From: a virus
Taxonomy: Duplodnaviria > Heunggongvirae > Uroviricota > Caudoviricetes
Length of the DNA stretch: 64,000 bases
Direction: 5' to 3' (one strand)
Virus record (IMG/VR): IMGVR_UViG_3300044557_000151
Coordinates: 59,723-123,722 of that record
The notes under the pieces: model-generated
Told to the model about the DNA's origin: nothing
The model's input: only the letters and a program-made list of their open reading frames with translations
The model's database searches: none
Program-made: the position numbers and the translations under genes
Shown here: piece after piece, positions 9,334 through 18,476 of the stretch
Position numbering within the stretch: position 1 is the stretch's first letter
Layout of the letters: every line of letters starts with the position of its first letter

Positions 9334-9966
9334 ATCAGAACTATCAAAGTTACGGCAGAGGTTGATCTTGATCCTTTCAAGTCTGATGACGCGAAGGCGG
9401 CAATTCAGATGGTAACAGGAATGGAACAAACAGACTTCGCTACATTATTTTCAAATGATGTTGGTACTCAAATCGCATCATTGTTGAATAAACGTGGTTT
9501 CAAAGATATTCATGTTGATTTTGACGATGCAGACGCTGGTACTGACTGGACTCCGAGTCCTGAAGATACAATTTTAGGTCCAGAGCCTGTCGAACCGGAT
9601 TTTTTAGAAGATGAGTCTGATTCAGTAGACATGTCTGAAGAAGATTCGAATGTGACATTGGCCGGCCAGTTTGATTTGAAGATCGGATTAGAAGATTCAA
9701 TCATTGATTCGGTTGCAGATATCCGTATGGAAATGGATACGCCGACGAATATTGATTTAAATTCCAAACAAATTGATCCGGTGATTTTGGGGGCGATTGA
9801 TGAGGAGTTCATTGAGAATCGCATTGGTAAAAACATCATTTTATCTACCGTAGAAATGCCAGATGAAATTACATATGCAATTACGTCTGAAGGTTTTGAC
9901 GGTAACTTCAACACGCATAAATACGCCTATAATGGCGAAACAACGGAGGAACTGAATGGCAAGTGA
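9334..9966 (+). CDS. acidic hypothetical protein
   Basis: ORF track frame 9247..9966. A strong SD GAGAGGGGGT is followed 6 nt later by an in-frame ATC (9334). The first in-frame ATG is at 9409, preceded by AAGGCGG. Start is ambiguous. Confidence 0.4.
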   Translation: MRTIKVTAEVDLDPFKSDDAKAAIQMVTGMEQTDFATLFSNDVGTQIASLLNKRGFKDIHVDFDDADAGTDWTPSPEDTILGPEPVEPDFLEDESDSVDMSEEDSNVTLAGQFDLKIGLEDSIIDSVADIRMEMDTPTNIDLNSKQIDPVILGAIDEEFIENRIGKNIILSTVEMPDEITYAITSEGFDGNFNTHKYAYNGETTEELNGK

Positions 9967-11080
9967 ACAACTGAAAGCAAAGTATAACAGCTTTCATATT
10001 ATTGGTAAGGTTAAGATTGAATCGGATACTTTTGCAGAAGCGAAGCAAGCCGCGAACAATCCCGAATGGGAATATATCCGCGATCAAATTCCAGTTGAAA
10101 TCAGCGAAGGTCGCATCGTGTATGTTGGCTTAACTGATGGTCACTACACAACCCGTCCACTCACCAAGTATGACTCTGAAGGTGAAAAGCACGAAATCGA
10201 TTGGGAAGACCGTTTCGACGAAGAACAGTTGAAGGATTTGCCTAATTATTCATTCTTCCGTGCAGGATTGGTCATTGGCGAAGATGGTAAACTTGTTCGC
10301 AAGCAATATTTATCCGGCATTGATCTGGCTGAATACCTTAAGGAAAACCTTACTGATGGCACACGAGTATCAATCAGTGGTCAAGTTGAATACAACGAAT
10401 ATAATGGCGATGTTCGTCGTAACTACAACATGAGTTCCATCTACGTTGCCAACGAAGAAGCTACTAACGAAGCTACCATGAGTCAAACTTACCTGATTGA
10501 CGAAAACGCTTTGGAACGCACATGGAAAGATGACGCCAAAGAAAAGCACGAAGTTACCGTTTCTGCTTACGTTCCTTCGTATGTAAGCAAGCGTAACGGT
10601 AAGAAGATTGGTAAGACGTTGCCATTGGCACAATCTTTCGTTGTTCGCCCTCAAGATGAAGAATCAATTGCTCAAATGCCTGAATTTGTAGAAGCATTAT
10701 TCTCCATCAAGCGTGGCAAGGTGCGTGAAATTACCCTGGACCTAGATATTATCGAAGGTTATTCCACCACTACTGTTGCGGCTACTGAAATCGACCCTAA
10801 GCTTGCAGCCATCTTCAAGATGATGTCTCAATCCGATGTTGAAGGTATCAAGTCTCGTGTAGCGGTCACTGGTGATCGTGTGCATGAAGTTGTCTTACGC
10901 GGTCCTCGTGCTACTAATGAAGGTGGCACGTTGAAGCTGATGTTGGATGATGACAAGTACGACACTTCTATTTTTGATGAAGAAGACTACGACGATGATG
11001 AAGACGAACCATCCGGTTCTTCTGAAGCAACCGTTACTAACATCAATAGCGTTTTGGCAGGCTTAAAGGCCGGTATTTAG
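9956..11080 (+). CDS. putative ssDNA-binding protein (acidic C-terminal region)
   Basis: 374 aa. A DE-rich tail (IFDEEDYDDDEDEP) and its position immediately upstream of a Sak4-like ATPase suggest an SSB-like role. No firm motif. Confidence 0.3.
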   Translation: MASEQLKAKYNSFHIIGKVKIESDTFAEAKQAANNPEWEYIRDQIPVEISEGRIVYVGLTDGHYTTRPLTKYDSEGEKHEIDWEDRFDEEQLKDLPNYSFFRAGLVIGEDGKLVRKQYLSGIDLAEYLKENLTDGTRVSISGQVEYNEYNGDVRRNYNMSSIYVANEEATNEATMSQTYLIDENALERTWKDDAKEKHEVTVSAYVPSYVSKRNGKKIGKTLPLAQSFVVRPQDEESIAQMPEFVEALFSIKRGKVREITLDLDIIEGYSTTTVAATEIDPKLAAIFKMMSQSDVEGIKSRVAVTGDRVHEVVLRGPRATNEGGTLKLMLDDDKYDTSIFDEEDYDDDEDEPSGSSEATVTNINSVLAGLKAGI

Positions 11081-11095
11081 GAAGGACGATAATAA

Positions 11096-12061
11096 ATGGG
11101 TTTATTTAGAAAACCAGCTGCATCTAAAAAAGGCTTAATGCTTTTGGCATATGGTGATTCTGGTGTGGGTAAGACCACATTAGCATTATCTGCGCCAAAA
11201 GTTGCCGCAATCGACTCTGAAAAGGGTATGTCGTGGTACGAAGGTCGAGAAGCCGGTAAGAATCTTGTCGGCGTATTCAATACCCAAGACTTCTTTAAAC
11301 TTGAAGATGCCATGAATGAAGTTAAGGAAGACCACGAAGATGTCGAATCCTTAGTAATCGACTCTGAAACTAAATTCAAGGAAAACATCGAAGAAGTGTA
11401 CATTGAAATCGAAAAGAAACGTGCACGTAAAAATCACAAAGACCCGGATGACGCTAACATTTCAATCCGTTCATGGGGTCAAATCGGTCAAGTGTCTAAC
11501 CATTTGCAAAATAAGAAATTGGACCTTGCAAGTCAAGGCATCAATGTTATTTCTATTGCGCAACAAGCGGATATTAAAGACGAAAAAGGCAAAGTTCTTG
11601 GTCATAAACCAGCTATGAAGAAGAACGCCGATTATGATTATGATGTTGTTCTCTACTTGTTTGTCAAAGAAGCAGAAGGCAAGACTCGTCATTACGCCAA
11701 AGTAATGAAGGATCGGACCGAAACCTTTGCCATTGGTCAAATCGTTGAAAATCCTACCTTTGATATGTGGCAAAAGGTTACTGATGCGGTTAAAGATTCC
11801 AAGGTAATTGAACATTCTTTTGCCGATGATAACGTTGCCGCAAAAGATCAATACGAAGAACAAACCGAAGAACAAGATATTCCAGTCTTGGAACGGTTCA
11901 CTACATTTGTAGAAAACAATCCAGACAAGATGGATGAAATCCAAAAGATGATCTCTTCTGTCAAGCTGTCGAAGGACGGGTTGGCAAACCCTACTGCGGC
12001 TGACATGAAGAAACTGGAAACTATTCTGGCACAATTTAAGACGACTGAAAAGGTCGCCTAG
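11096..12061 (+). CDS. AAA_24/Sak4-like RecA-fold ATPase
   Basis: N-terminal Walker A LLAYGDSGVGKTTLA and overall layout are typical of phage Sak4/AAA_24 recombination ATPases. Confidence 0.6.
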   Translation: MGLFRKPAASKKGLMLLAYGDSGVGKTTLALSAPKVAAIDSEKGMSWYEGREAGKNLVGVFNTQDFFKLEDAMNEVKEDHEDVESLVIDSETKFKENIEEVYIEIEKKRARKNHKDPDDANISIRSWGQIGQVSNHLQNKKLDLASQGINVISIAQQADIKDEKGKVLGHKPAMKKNADYDYDVVLYLFVKEAEGKTRHYAKVMKDRTETFAIGQIVENPTFDMWQKVTDAVKDSKVIEHSFADDNVAAKDQYEEQTEEQDIPVLERFTTFVENNPDKMDEIQKMISSVKLSKDGLANPTAADMKKLETILAQFKTTEKVA

Positions 12062-12098
12062 GGTCTAAGGGGTAGACTGAGGTATTCGGAGTGTAAGA

Positions 12099-13340
12099 AT
12101 GCCCAGTTATACAAACAGAAAAAACAGTAAAGTCGCAGTATCTCAAGAGCACTTGGATACTGCGATTGAAATCAAGAGAGAACTTGAGAAGCGAAGTCCT
12201 ACTCATAAGGTCTCTTGGGCGGAACACAAGCGTTTGATGGAGGCGGCTGGGTTTTCGGACTCCGAAAATTCTGGTAACTATAGACTGATGATTAGAGCCG
12301 AACTCAATCGACGGGGAAACCCAACAAGAGTTGATAGCTTAGATCAGTATGTGAATCCTGAAAAGACGTCATCGTTGCGTGAAGCTGTGGGGGACTTAAA
12401 GTTCCGACAGTTGGAAATGCAGGCTGAGGGCAGAGACCTGAATAAGCTGAAGAAGCAAACTTCAGAAGCTCTGTTGTGGCAAGATAGACTCTTAGAAGGA
12501 CTAGCCGAACATCAATTTAGCCCGATCAAAGAGAATCCAATTGTCCATAGCGAATCAGATGAACACGAGATGATCGCAGTCCTCTCAGATATTCATTTTG
12601 GCGCAGTTGTGGATTTAGAAGAGAATCAATATAATACCGAAATCGCGGCTCAGCGTTTGAATGACTATGCGGATAAGCTTATCGAAATGGGTAAGCAAAA
12701 CCATGTTGAGAATATCCATGTTGTGAATATCGGGGATATTATCGAGAACCCTTATATGCGGCACAGCGCAGCATATAATTCTCAACGCACATTAGTTGAC
12801 CAAACGATTGAAGTAACAGATTTGATTATTGGTTTCTTGGGCAGATTAGCTCAAGAATTCCATGTTGATTATGCAGCAATTGCTGGTAATCATGACCGAA
12901 TCGTCGGGAAGAACCATGGCGATGATAACCTGTTTGCCGATGATGTTATCACCATTAGTAATAAGATTATCGAATACGCAATCAAGACCATCTCAGATCG
13001 AATTAAGTACATCCAAGCTCCAAAGTACCATTACGAGCTTTTCTGTAAGTGGAATTGGTTCGAGTTCGTCCATGGTGATCGGGATAAGTTGAACAAGCCT
13101 ACGATCTTGGCAGAATTAAGCAACCTATACGGCAAGCAGTTCTCATTAGTCGTAGGTGGGCATATCCATCATAACGTTCAAAACGAAGTTGGTGACGACC
13201 AGTATGTTACTACTGTTGGGTCATTGAAGGGTACAGACGATTTCTCTCTCCGAATTGGAGCAAGAGCATCAGTATCCCAAGGTGTAATCCTTGTCGATTC
13301 CAACTCAGGTGAATTTGAAACAAAAATCGTAAAGTTGTGA
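12099..13340 (+). CDS. calcineurin-like metallophosphoesterase (SbcD/Mre11-like nuclease)
   Basis: Phosphoesterase motifs are present in order: DIHFG, GDIIEN, GNHD and GGHIHH. Confidence 0.65.
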   Translation: MPSYTNRKNSKVAVSQEHLDTAIEIKRELEKRSPTHKVSWAEHKRLMEAAGFSDSENSGNYRLMIRAELNRRGNPTRVDSLDQYVNPEKTSSLREAVGDLKFRQLEMQAEGRDLNKLKKQTSEALLWQDRLLEGLAEHQFSPIKENPIVHSESDEHEMIAVLSDIHFGAVVDLEENQYNTEIAAQRLNDYADKLIEMGKQNHVENIHVVNIGDIIENPYMRHSAAYNSQRTLVDQTIEVTDLIIGFLGRLAQEFHVDYAAIAGNHDRIVGKNHGDDNLFADDVITISNKIIEYAIKTISDRIKYIQAPKYHYELFCKWNWFEFVHGDRDKLNKPTILAELSNLYGKQFSLVVGGHIHHNVQNEVGDDQYVTTVGSLKGTDDFSLRIGARASVSQGVILVDSNSGEFETKIVKL

Positions 13341-13350
13341 GGGAATTGAA

Positions 13351-13956
13351 TTGATTTGTTATTACTGTGGGAAAGAACTGAGTGAAGAGGACATGGTCAT
13401 CAAAAAGTACCCGATGGTATGTAAGAATGGCAAGGTCAGAAATTACTCGCGTAAGTTACATTACGACTGTGTTCCCAAGTATAACGCTGGTCGAAATGAT
13501 TTTGCGGGACGATCCGAGGAAGCAAGCTCGTGGGATAGAGCATACAAAACATTTAGGACCGATATTCTCGGTTTAGATGACGACAAGGCTTTATCGGAAC
13601 ACGCAGTGAAGCGACTATTAGGGTTGCGCGTAGGTAGATATTATCCGAATGGAAACAATACTCGCATTTTGAAGCGCGGGTATGACTTTGATACCATCTA
13701 CTACACGATTGTTGTGTGCACCCAACAAATCCAACGCGCGTTTGACACACAAAAGTTTAAAGACCAAGATCATAAAATCAATTTCGCGATGAAGATTATC
13801 ACCAACAACATCGATTTTGTACAAAAAAGTGTTGACCAGTCCGAGAAGCAAGCAGAACGTGTTGACAAGATCGACGTTGAAATTGTTGAGCAGCCACAGG
13901 TAGCTGAATACAAACGACGTGGAACAGGGAAAGCGCGTTTTGCAGATATTGAATAG
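13351..13956 (+). CDS. hypothetical protein with N-terminal CxxC...C...C zinc-finger-like segment
   Basis: TTG start in the ORF track. N-terminus reads ICYYCGK...VCKNGK...HYDC. Confidence 0.4.
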   Translation: MICYYCGKELSEEDMVIKKYPMVCKNGKVRNYSRKLHYDCVPKYNAGRNDFAGRSEEASSWDRAYKTFRTDILGLDDDKALSEHAVKRLLGLRVGRYYPNGNNTRILKRGYDFDTIYYTIVVCTQQIQRAFDTQKFKDQDHKINFAMKIITNNIDFVQKSVDQSEKQAERVDKIDVEIVEQPQVAEYKRRGTGKARFADIE

Positions 13957-13964
13957 GAGTTTTT

Positions 13965-14279
13965 ATGTCTCAAAAATTTGGATATGAATTGGCGCTTGAA
14001 TTGATTGTAAGCAATCCTAATTATGAATTGCTCGTTAGTCAATGGGGTGCAACTAGCCTAAAGAAGTCGCATTTGATGATGAAAGAATACTCCGATATGA
14101 TTGAAAAAATCTGTATTGAAGGTTCTACGTTGGATGAAGCAATCTATGAATTCTTTGATGCGTTGACGACGGTTTATATCGATGATCACCCTTTGAAGAA
14201 TGTGTATTCCGAAGCGGAACTTGAAGCGTTTGCTTTGGAAGAACGAGGCTATTACAAAGCGCAACTTGTCTTTGCGTAA
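13965..14279 (+). CDS. hypothetical protein
   Basis: ORF track 104 aa. Confidence 0.4.
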   Translation: MSQKFGYELALELIVSNPNYELLVSQWGATSLKKSHLMMKEYSDMIEKICIEGSTLDEAIYEFFDALTTVYIDDHPLKNVYSEAELEAFALEERGYYKAQLVFA

Positions 14280-14282
14280 CGA

Positions 14283-15746
14283 ATGGAGTTTTTGAGTGTG
14301 GGGGAGACCTTCAGAGAGTCATTAATTAAGGATAAGGCGTTAGCAGAAGGGCAATTCGTCCTTTCGATGGCAAGCGATCCCGATTTGTATTACGACTACC
14401 CGTTGAAGACGGCAGACTTCCACACCCCTGGTTGGGCACTATACTTTGGTATTCTTGCAACACTTATCAGAGACAAGGGCGTGACCAAGGTTGATAGTAT
14501 TGCCTTTGAAACACAGGTAAAGAGCTTGCCTAAAACAGGGCAGGATGTAGTGGATGATTTTGGTGGGTGGACAACCATCCAAAAAGGTATGCGTGTTGTT
14601 GAAGCGGAAAATGCAGAGACATACTACTCAGAAATTAATCGCTATAAAGTACTTATCAAACTTCTCGACGATGGGTTCCCTATCGAAAAGAAGTGGGGCG
14701 TACTTAAAAACCTCAGTCTTGAAGAGATTAGCGATTATCTCGAAGGAAAACTGAGTGCAGCATTCATTGATACAGAGTCAACAGGTGAAGTTGTCCACGA
14801 TATTAACGATGGATTGGACGAGAACCTGAAGGCGGCTGATGAGGGTATTCACGCTGGATTACCTTTCTCAAGTGTACTGATTAATTCGGTGCAGAATGGT
14901 ATGAGCACAGGGAACATTACGATGTTCGCCGCTCAGTCCGGGTTGGGGAAGTCGTTTATGGCTTTAACCCAGATGTTACCAGTCGCAGTGAGATTCCAAG
15001 AACCAATGATGCTGTTAATCAACGAAGAAGATCGAAAAAAGTGGCAATACGAAATCATTACATGGGCTATCAACAACCTGTTCGATGGTGATTTTAATAA
15101 GTCACGATTCTATCAAGGCCATTTCTCGCCAGAGGAATGGGAGTTGATTAATAAAGGGAGCGATTGGATGAAGACGAATATTGAATCAGGATTGATTCGA
15201 TTTGTTGAATTCCAGTCATTCTCTATGGGTAAGGCAATCAAGTATATCAAGAAGTACAGTAAGCTGTATGAGGTGAAATACTTCCTGATTGATACGCTGA
15301 AACTAGATAACGACACCTCTGATCCGTCTGTAAGCGACAAGTCGTGGTTACAGCTTCAACAGAACATGGTAAAGCTGTATAACGCGATCAAAAAGTCTGC
15401 TGCGGATTGTCACGTTGTCGTCACCTATCAGATGAACAAATCACAGCGCGAACGCTACCTGACTCAAAATGATTTAGGTATGTCCAAGAACGTTGCTGAT
15501 GTGGTCACGTCCCTTATTTTGTTCCGCCTAGCTGGTGCAAACGAAAAGGGTGACGGAAAGACCGCACTTACCGTAAAGACTCAAGATGGGAAGCGTAAGA
15601 AGCTAAATCCCGATAAAGACTACTTTATCCTATTCTGGGACAAGAACCGGCAAGGACAAACCTCTCGACAGGTTGTTGTAGAGGTCGATCGTGGGCGTAA
15701 TATTGTTAAAGATATCGGGCTAACACAAATTTCTCCAGAATATTGA
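14283..15746 (+). CDS. DnaB-like replicative DNA helicase
   Basis: C-terminal RecA-like domain with Walker A FAAQSGLGKSF and Walker B-like LIDTLKLD. The N-terminal domain is helical. Confidence 0.6.
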   Translation: MEFLSVGETFRESLIKDKALAEGQFVLSMASDPDLYYDYPLKTADFHTPGWALYFGILATLIRDKGVTKVDSIAFETQVKSLPKTGQDVVDDFGGWTTIQKGMRVVEAENAETYYSEINRYKVLIKLLDDGFPIEKKWGVLKNLSLEEISDYLEGKLSAAFIDTESTGEVVHDINDGLDENLKAADEGIHAGLPFSSVLINSVQNGMSTGNITMFAAQSGLGKSFMALTQMLPVAVRFQEPMMLLINEEDRKKWQYEIITWAINNLFDGDFNKSRFYQGHFSPEEWELINKGSDWMKTNIESGLIRFVEFQSFSMGKAIKYIKKYSKLYEVKYFLIDTLKLDNDTSDPSVSDKSWLQLQQNMVKLYNAIKKSAADCHVVVTYQMNKSQRERYLTQNDLGMSKNVADVVTSLILFRLAGANEKGDGKTALTVKTQDGKRKKLNPDKDYFILFWDKNRQGQTSRQVVVEVDRGRNIVKDIGLTQISPEY

Positions 15747-15755
15747 AATAAGTAG

Positions 15756-15818
15756 TAGACAAACACTAATGTGTTTGGTAATATAATAGACGTAGGTTAA
15801 ACAAACACTAACGTGTTT
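15756..15818 (+). promoter_or_regulatory. promoter-operator unit driving the tRNA array
   Basis: TAGACA-N17-TAATAT at 15756..15784. The palindrome AAACACTAATGTGTTT lies in the spacer and a second copy, AAACACTAACGTGTTT, at 15803..15818. Confidence 0.6.
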
Positions 15819-15836
15819 ATGAACCGCTTCTATTGT

Positions 15837-15910
15837 GTCTCCGTAGCTCAGATGGATAGAGCATAGATCTTCTAAATCTACGGTCATCGGTTCAAATCCG
15901 ATCGGAGACA
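15837..15910 (+). tRNA. tRNA-Arg(TCT)
   Basis: Manual cloverleaf: acceptor GTCTCCG/CGGAGAC, anticodon loop CTTCTAA, T-arm ATCGG-TTCAAAT-CCGAT. 74 nt. Confidence 0.8.
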
Positions 15911-15994
15911 TTGAGCTGAATTAATTATTCACCTGGTTTGACAACCCTCCAATTTAACTCAAACGTGTGCAGGACTGATCAACCTGTTACATAT

Positions 15995-16065
15995 GCGGAT
16001 ATAGTTCAATGGTAGAATTCTAGTTTTCCAAACTAGCGACGCGAGGCCGGTACTCGTTATCCGCT
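15995..16065 (+). tRNA. tRNA-Trp(CCA)-like with atypical T-loop
   Basis: Acceptor GCGGATA/TATCCGC. Anticodon stem CTAGT/ACTAG with loop TTCCAAA. The T-loop GCCGGTA lacks the conserved TTC. May be a pseudo-tRNA. Confidence 0.4.
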
Positions 16066-16096
16066 TTATATATTTATAAGAAGAGGAGGTTAAAGT

Positions 16097-16780
16097 ATGG
16101 AGATTTGGAAGCCGATGGTTGGATATGAGGGCCTTTACGAAGTGTCTAATGACGGACATGCGCGTTCTGTATCAAGAGAAATTGTGGATAGCGTTGGACG
16201 CAGACGCACCCTAAAAGGCAAGGCAGTCTCGTTCACTATAAATCCCAGAGGATATCTTACCTTTCACGCCACGAAAAACGGTAATAGAAGAACAGCATTC
16301 ATTCATGTTGAAGTGGCGAAGGCGTTTATAGAAAAACCTATTTCTGACGAGCGTTTAGATGTGAATCACAAGGACCATAATAAATTGAATTGCTCAATTG
16401 AGAATCTTGAGTGGTTGACACACGGAGATAATGTGAGAGATCTCAGCATATACCGGGCAAGGACATCAAACACATTAACGAGATTTACAAGGGTCAATGA
16501 TAAGATTGTCAAGCTACCAGATAAGACTTGCGTAGATTGTGGAAAAACCGTTGAGTTCACATCCACTCGTTGTCCTTCATGTGCGGCAAGCGCGTCAATG
16601 ACTTTCACAAACAACGTCGGAGTTATCCCGAAAAATATGCTAGTTTCCGTCCTTCGTGAGAATAATGGGAACTTTGTTAAGGCTGCTGCTGAGTTCGGAA
16701 TTACAGATAACTCCTTGAGAAAGTGGTGTAAGAAATATAATTTGCCATTTCACTCATCGGACTATAAGAAAGCATCATAA
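16097..16780 (+). CDS. HNH homing endonuclease (NUMOD4 + HNH + C-terminal HTH)
   Basis: GYEGLYEVSNDG (NUMOD4 motif), VNHKDHNKLNCSIENLEW (HNH motif) and a C-terminal helix-turn-helix. RBS AAGAGGAGG. Confidence 0.75.
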   Translation: MEIWKPMVGYEGLYEVSNDGHARSVSREIVDSVGRRRTLKGKAVSFTINPRGYLTFHATKNGNRRTAFIHVEVAKAFIEKPISDERLDVNHKDHNKLNCSIENLEWLTHGDNVRDLSIYRARTSNTLTRFTRVNDKIVKLPDKTCVDCGKTVEFTSTRCPSCAASASMTFTNNVGVIPKNMLVSVLRENNGNFVKAAAEFGITDNSLRKWCKKYNLPFHSSDYKKAS

Positions 16781-16798
16781 TGAATTGCATTCGCTTTT

Positions 16799-16882
16799 GC
16801 CGAAGTGGTGGAACTGGAAGACGCGCAGGATTTAGGCTCCTGTGTTGGGAACAACGTGTGGGTTCGAATCCCACCTTCGGCA
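16799..16882 (+). tRNA. tRNA-Leu(TAG)
   Basis: Class II tRNA with long variable arm. Acceptor GCCGAAG/CTTCGGC, anticodon stem CAGGA/TCCTG with loop TTTAGGC, T-arm GTGGG-TTCGAAT-CCCAC. Confidence 0.75.
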
Positions 16883-17120
16883 TCGCCCCTCACTTCACGG
16901 TGGTGAGAGGCGTGAATCAATACTAGTCATGCGGTGTTGGTTCCTCCTTATATATGATATTCGTGCGACCGTCCTGAACGAAGGATTTAAGTCTTATTGC
17001 TTGAATCGGGTTTGAATCCCGACAGCCGCATTCCAGCAAACGTGTATGGCCGCGTGGCGGCGACGAGCGCTGGAATTTAGGTGTGGCACCCTTAACCACA
17101 CCACTCGTTATACTGAAGTG

Positions 17121-17344
17121 GGCAAGAAGACATGTTCTTTAAAGGACGTGATGAATTGCACGTATCTGCGTCAGCAGGTACAACAGCCTTGGTAGCGAAA
17201 ACCAAACTACCAACCTGAACTCAACGTTAAGGCGCGGAACGCGCCGTGGTCAATAACCGTAACCTCTGCATTGTTAGTTTAATGCTAATGGTGTAAGTCA
17301 GCGGTGTTCCCAGAAGCTCGGTCATTTATGACCGAGTAGTTCAC
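17121..17344 (+). mobile_element. ORF-less miniature IS200/IS605 derivative (left end + right end/omega-RNA scaffold)
   Basis: 17121..17160 is nearly identical to the left end of the full IS at 54477. 17245..17344 is nearly identical to the right end at 56190..56287 and ends in the same GAGTAGTTCAC. No ORF between the ends. Confidence 0.6.
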
Positions 17345-17348
17345 GAGT

Positions 17349-17421
17349 GCAACTGTAGCTCAGCGGTGGAGCGGCTGCTCAGAAGAGTAGAGTGTCGCTG
17401 GTTCGATTCCAGCCAGTTGTA
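17349..17421 (+). other. degenerate tRNA-like element (pseudo-tRNA, Phe-like loop CAGAAGA)
   Basis: Good acceptor stem, D-arm and T-arm (GCTGG-TTCGATT-CCAGC) are present. The anticodon stem cannot pair. Begins 4 nt after the mini-IS right end. Confidence 0.35.
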
Positions 17422-17574
17422 GATCCGTGGACTATGTCTAAAATACCTATGTTCTCCTGGTGTCGGTTTGAGGAGACTAACTTTTGGCGGGATGTTCGCA
17501 CATAAGATTGCGAACTTTGTTTCGGATAGTAAAACCGTTAGTCGTGATTGCGAAGTACAAGCTTTCGCGCATAT

Positions 17575-17648
17575 GCTTTCTTAGCTCAGTTGGTTAGAGC
17601 ACCTGACTGTTAATCAGGGTGTCACAGGTTCGAGTCCTGTAGAAAGCG
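17575..17648 (+). tRNA. tRNA-Asn(GTT)
   Basis: Acceptor GCTTTCT/AGAAAGC. Anticodon stem CCTGA/TCAGG with loop CTGTTAA. T-arm ACAGG-TTCGAGT-CCTGT. Confidence 0.85.
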
Positions 17649-17933
17649 TATCTGGATAAATTAAGTTTACGACCAAAAAGCATCCAGAGAAACGCTAACG
17701 TATTGCAGCTGGACTTTAGAGCGATACGAGAGGGCAATCAGCTGTCGGACGGCAGGAAGTTGTCGTAGGTGGATTTGCAACACTTATAGAAAAAGGCTGG
17801 CATGTTCTTGCGCACGAACAAAGCTGGTTAAGATTAAAGTGTGGCGCAGTAGTCGGATAGGTGATTAGTAGTCTGGTGGTCGCAGATGAAAGATCTTACC
17901 GGACTAGGTAGTTCGACTCTACCATCCACCATT

Positions 17934-18006
17934 GGTTGTGTGGTGTTAATGGCTAACACGCCTGATTGTCTATCAGGAGCTTAGGGTTCAATTCCCTACA
18001 CGACCG
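17934..18006 (+). tRNA. tRNA-Asp(GTC)
   Basis: Acceptor GGTTGTG/CACGACC. Anticodon stem CCTGA/TCAGG with loop TTGTCTA. T-arm TAGGG-TTCAATT-CCCTA. Confidence 0.8.
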
Positions 18007-18476
18007 TCAAGCCGAAAGGTTTGAGTTCTTTGCTGTTAATATAACTACCTATCGGATTGGCTAATGACCGCCGATATTTCGGGGATGTAACGGTCTCGAC
18101 AGGATATGCTTAACTGACAAAGCATGTAGAGTGATGACTTAATCATCAACTTGCTAAATGCAAAACAAAACGATTTAGTTGCGGCCTAAGTTTAACTTAG
18201 TATAGCAACACTTACCCCAACGTATGATACCAGATACAAGACGTTGGCTAAACAGGCTGGTGTAGGATGACACTTACTTATTTTCATAAGCTTATCCGAA
18301 ATCTATTGAAAATATGCTCGTCTACTCCGATTGCCCATTTGCGGAAGACGCTAAGACTAATAAGTGAGCTAAGCATGTAGAATTGTCAGATAGAAGCATG
18401 TGTTGGAAACGGGTTCAACTCCCGTCATCTCCATATAGTATGTCGTTACACAATAACATACTAGATATAGTGCAAC

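Noticed and set aside
9330-9365. ATG at 9330 directly after the strong SD GAGAGGGGGT as the start of the next gene
   Set aside because: It is out of frame with the long ORF and terminates after 11 codons (MYQNYQSYGRG*). It may be a tiny uORF, but it is not the start of the 9247..9966 gene.
16931-17029. Possible 99-nt tRNA using the T-arm at 16998..17014
   Set aside because: The acceptor pairing with GCGGTGT is only 5 of 7, no D-arm or anticodon arm can be folded, and the length is incompatible with a tRNA without an intron. It is kept only as an orphan T-arm hairpin.
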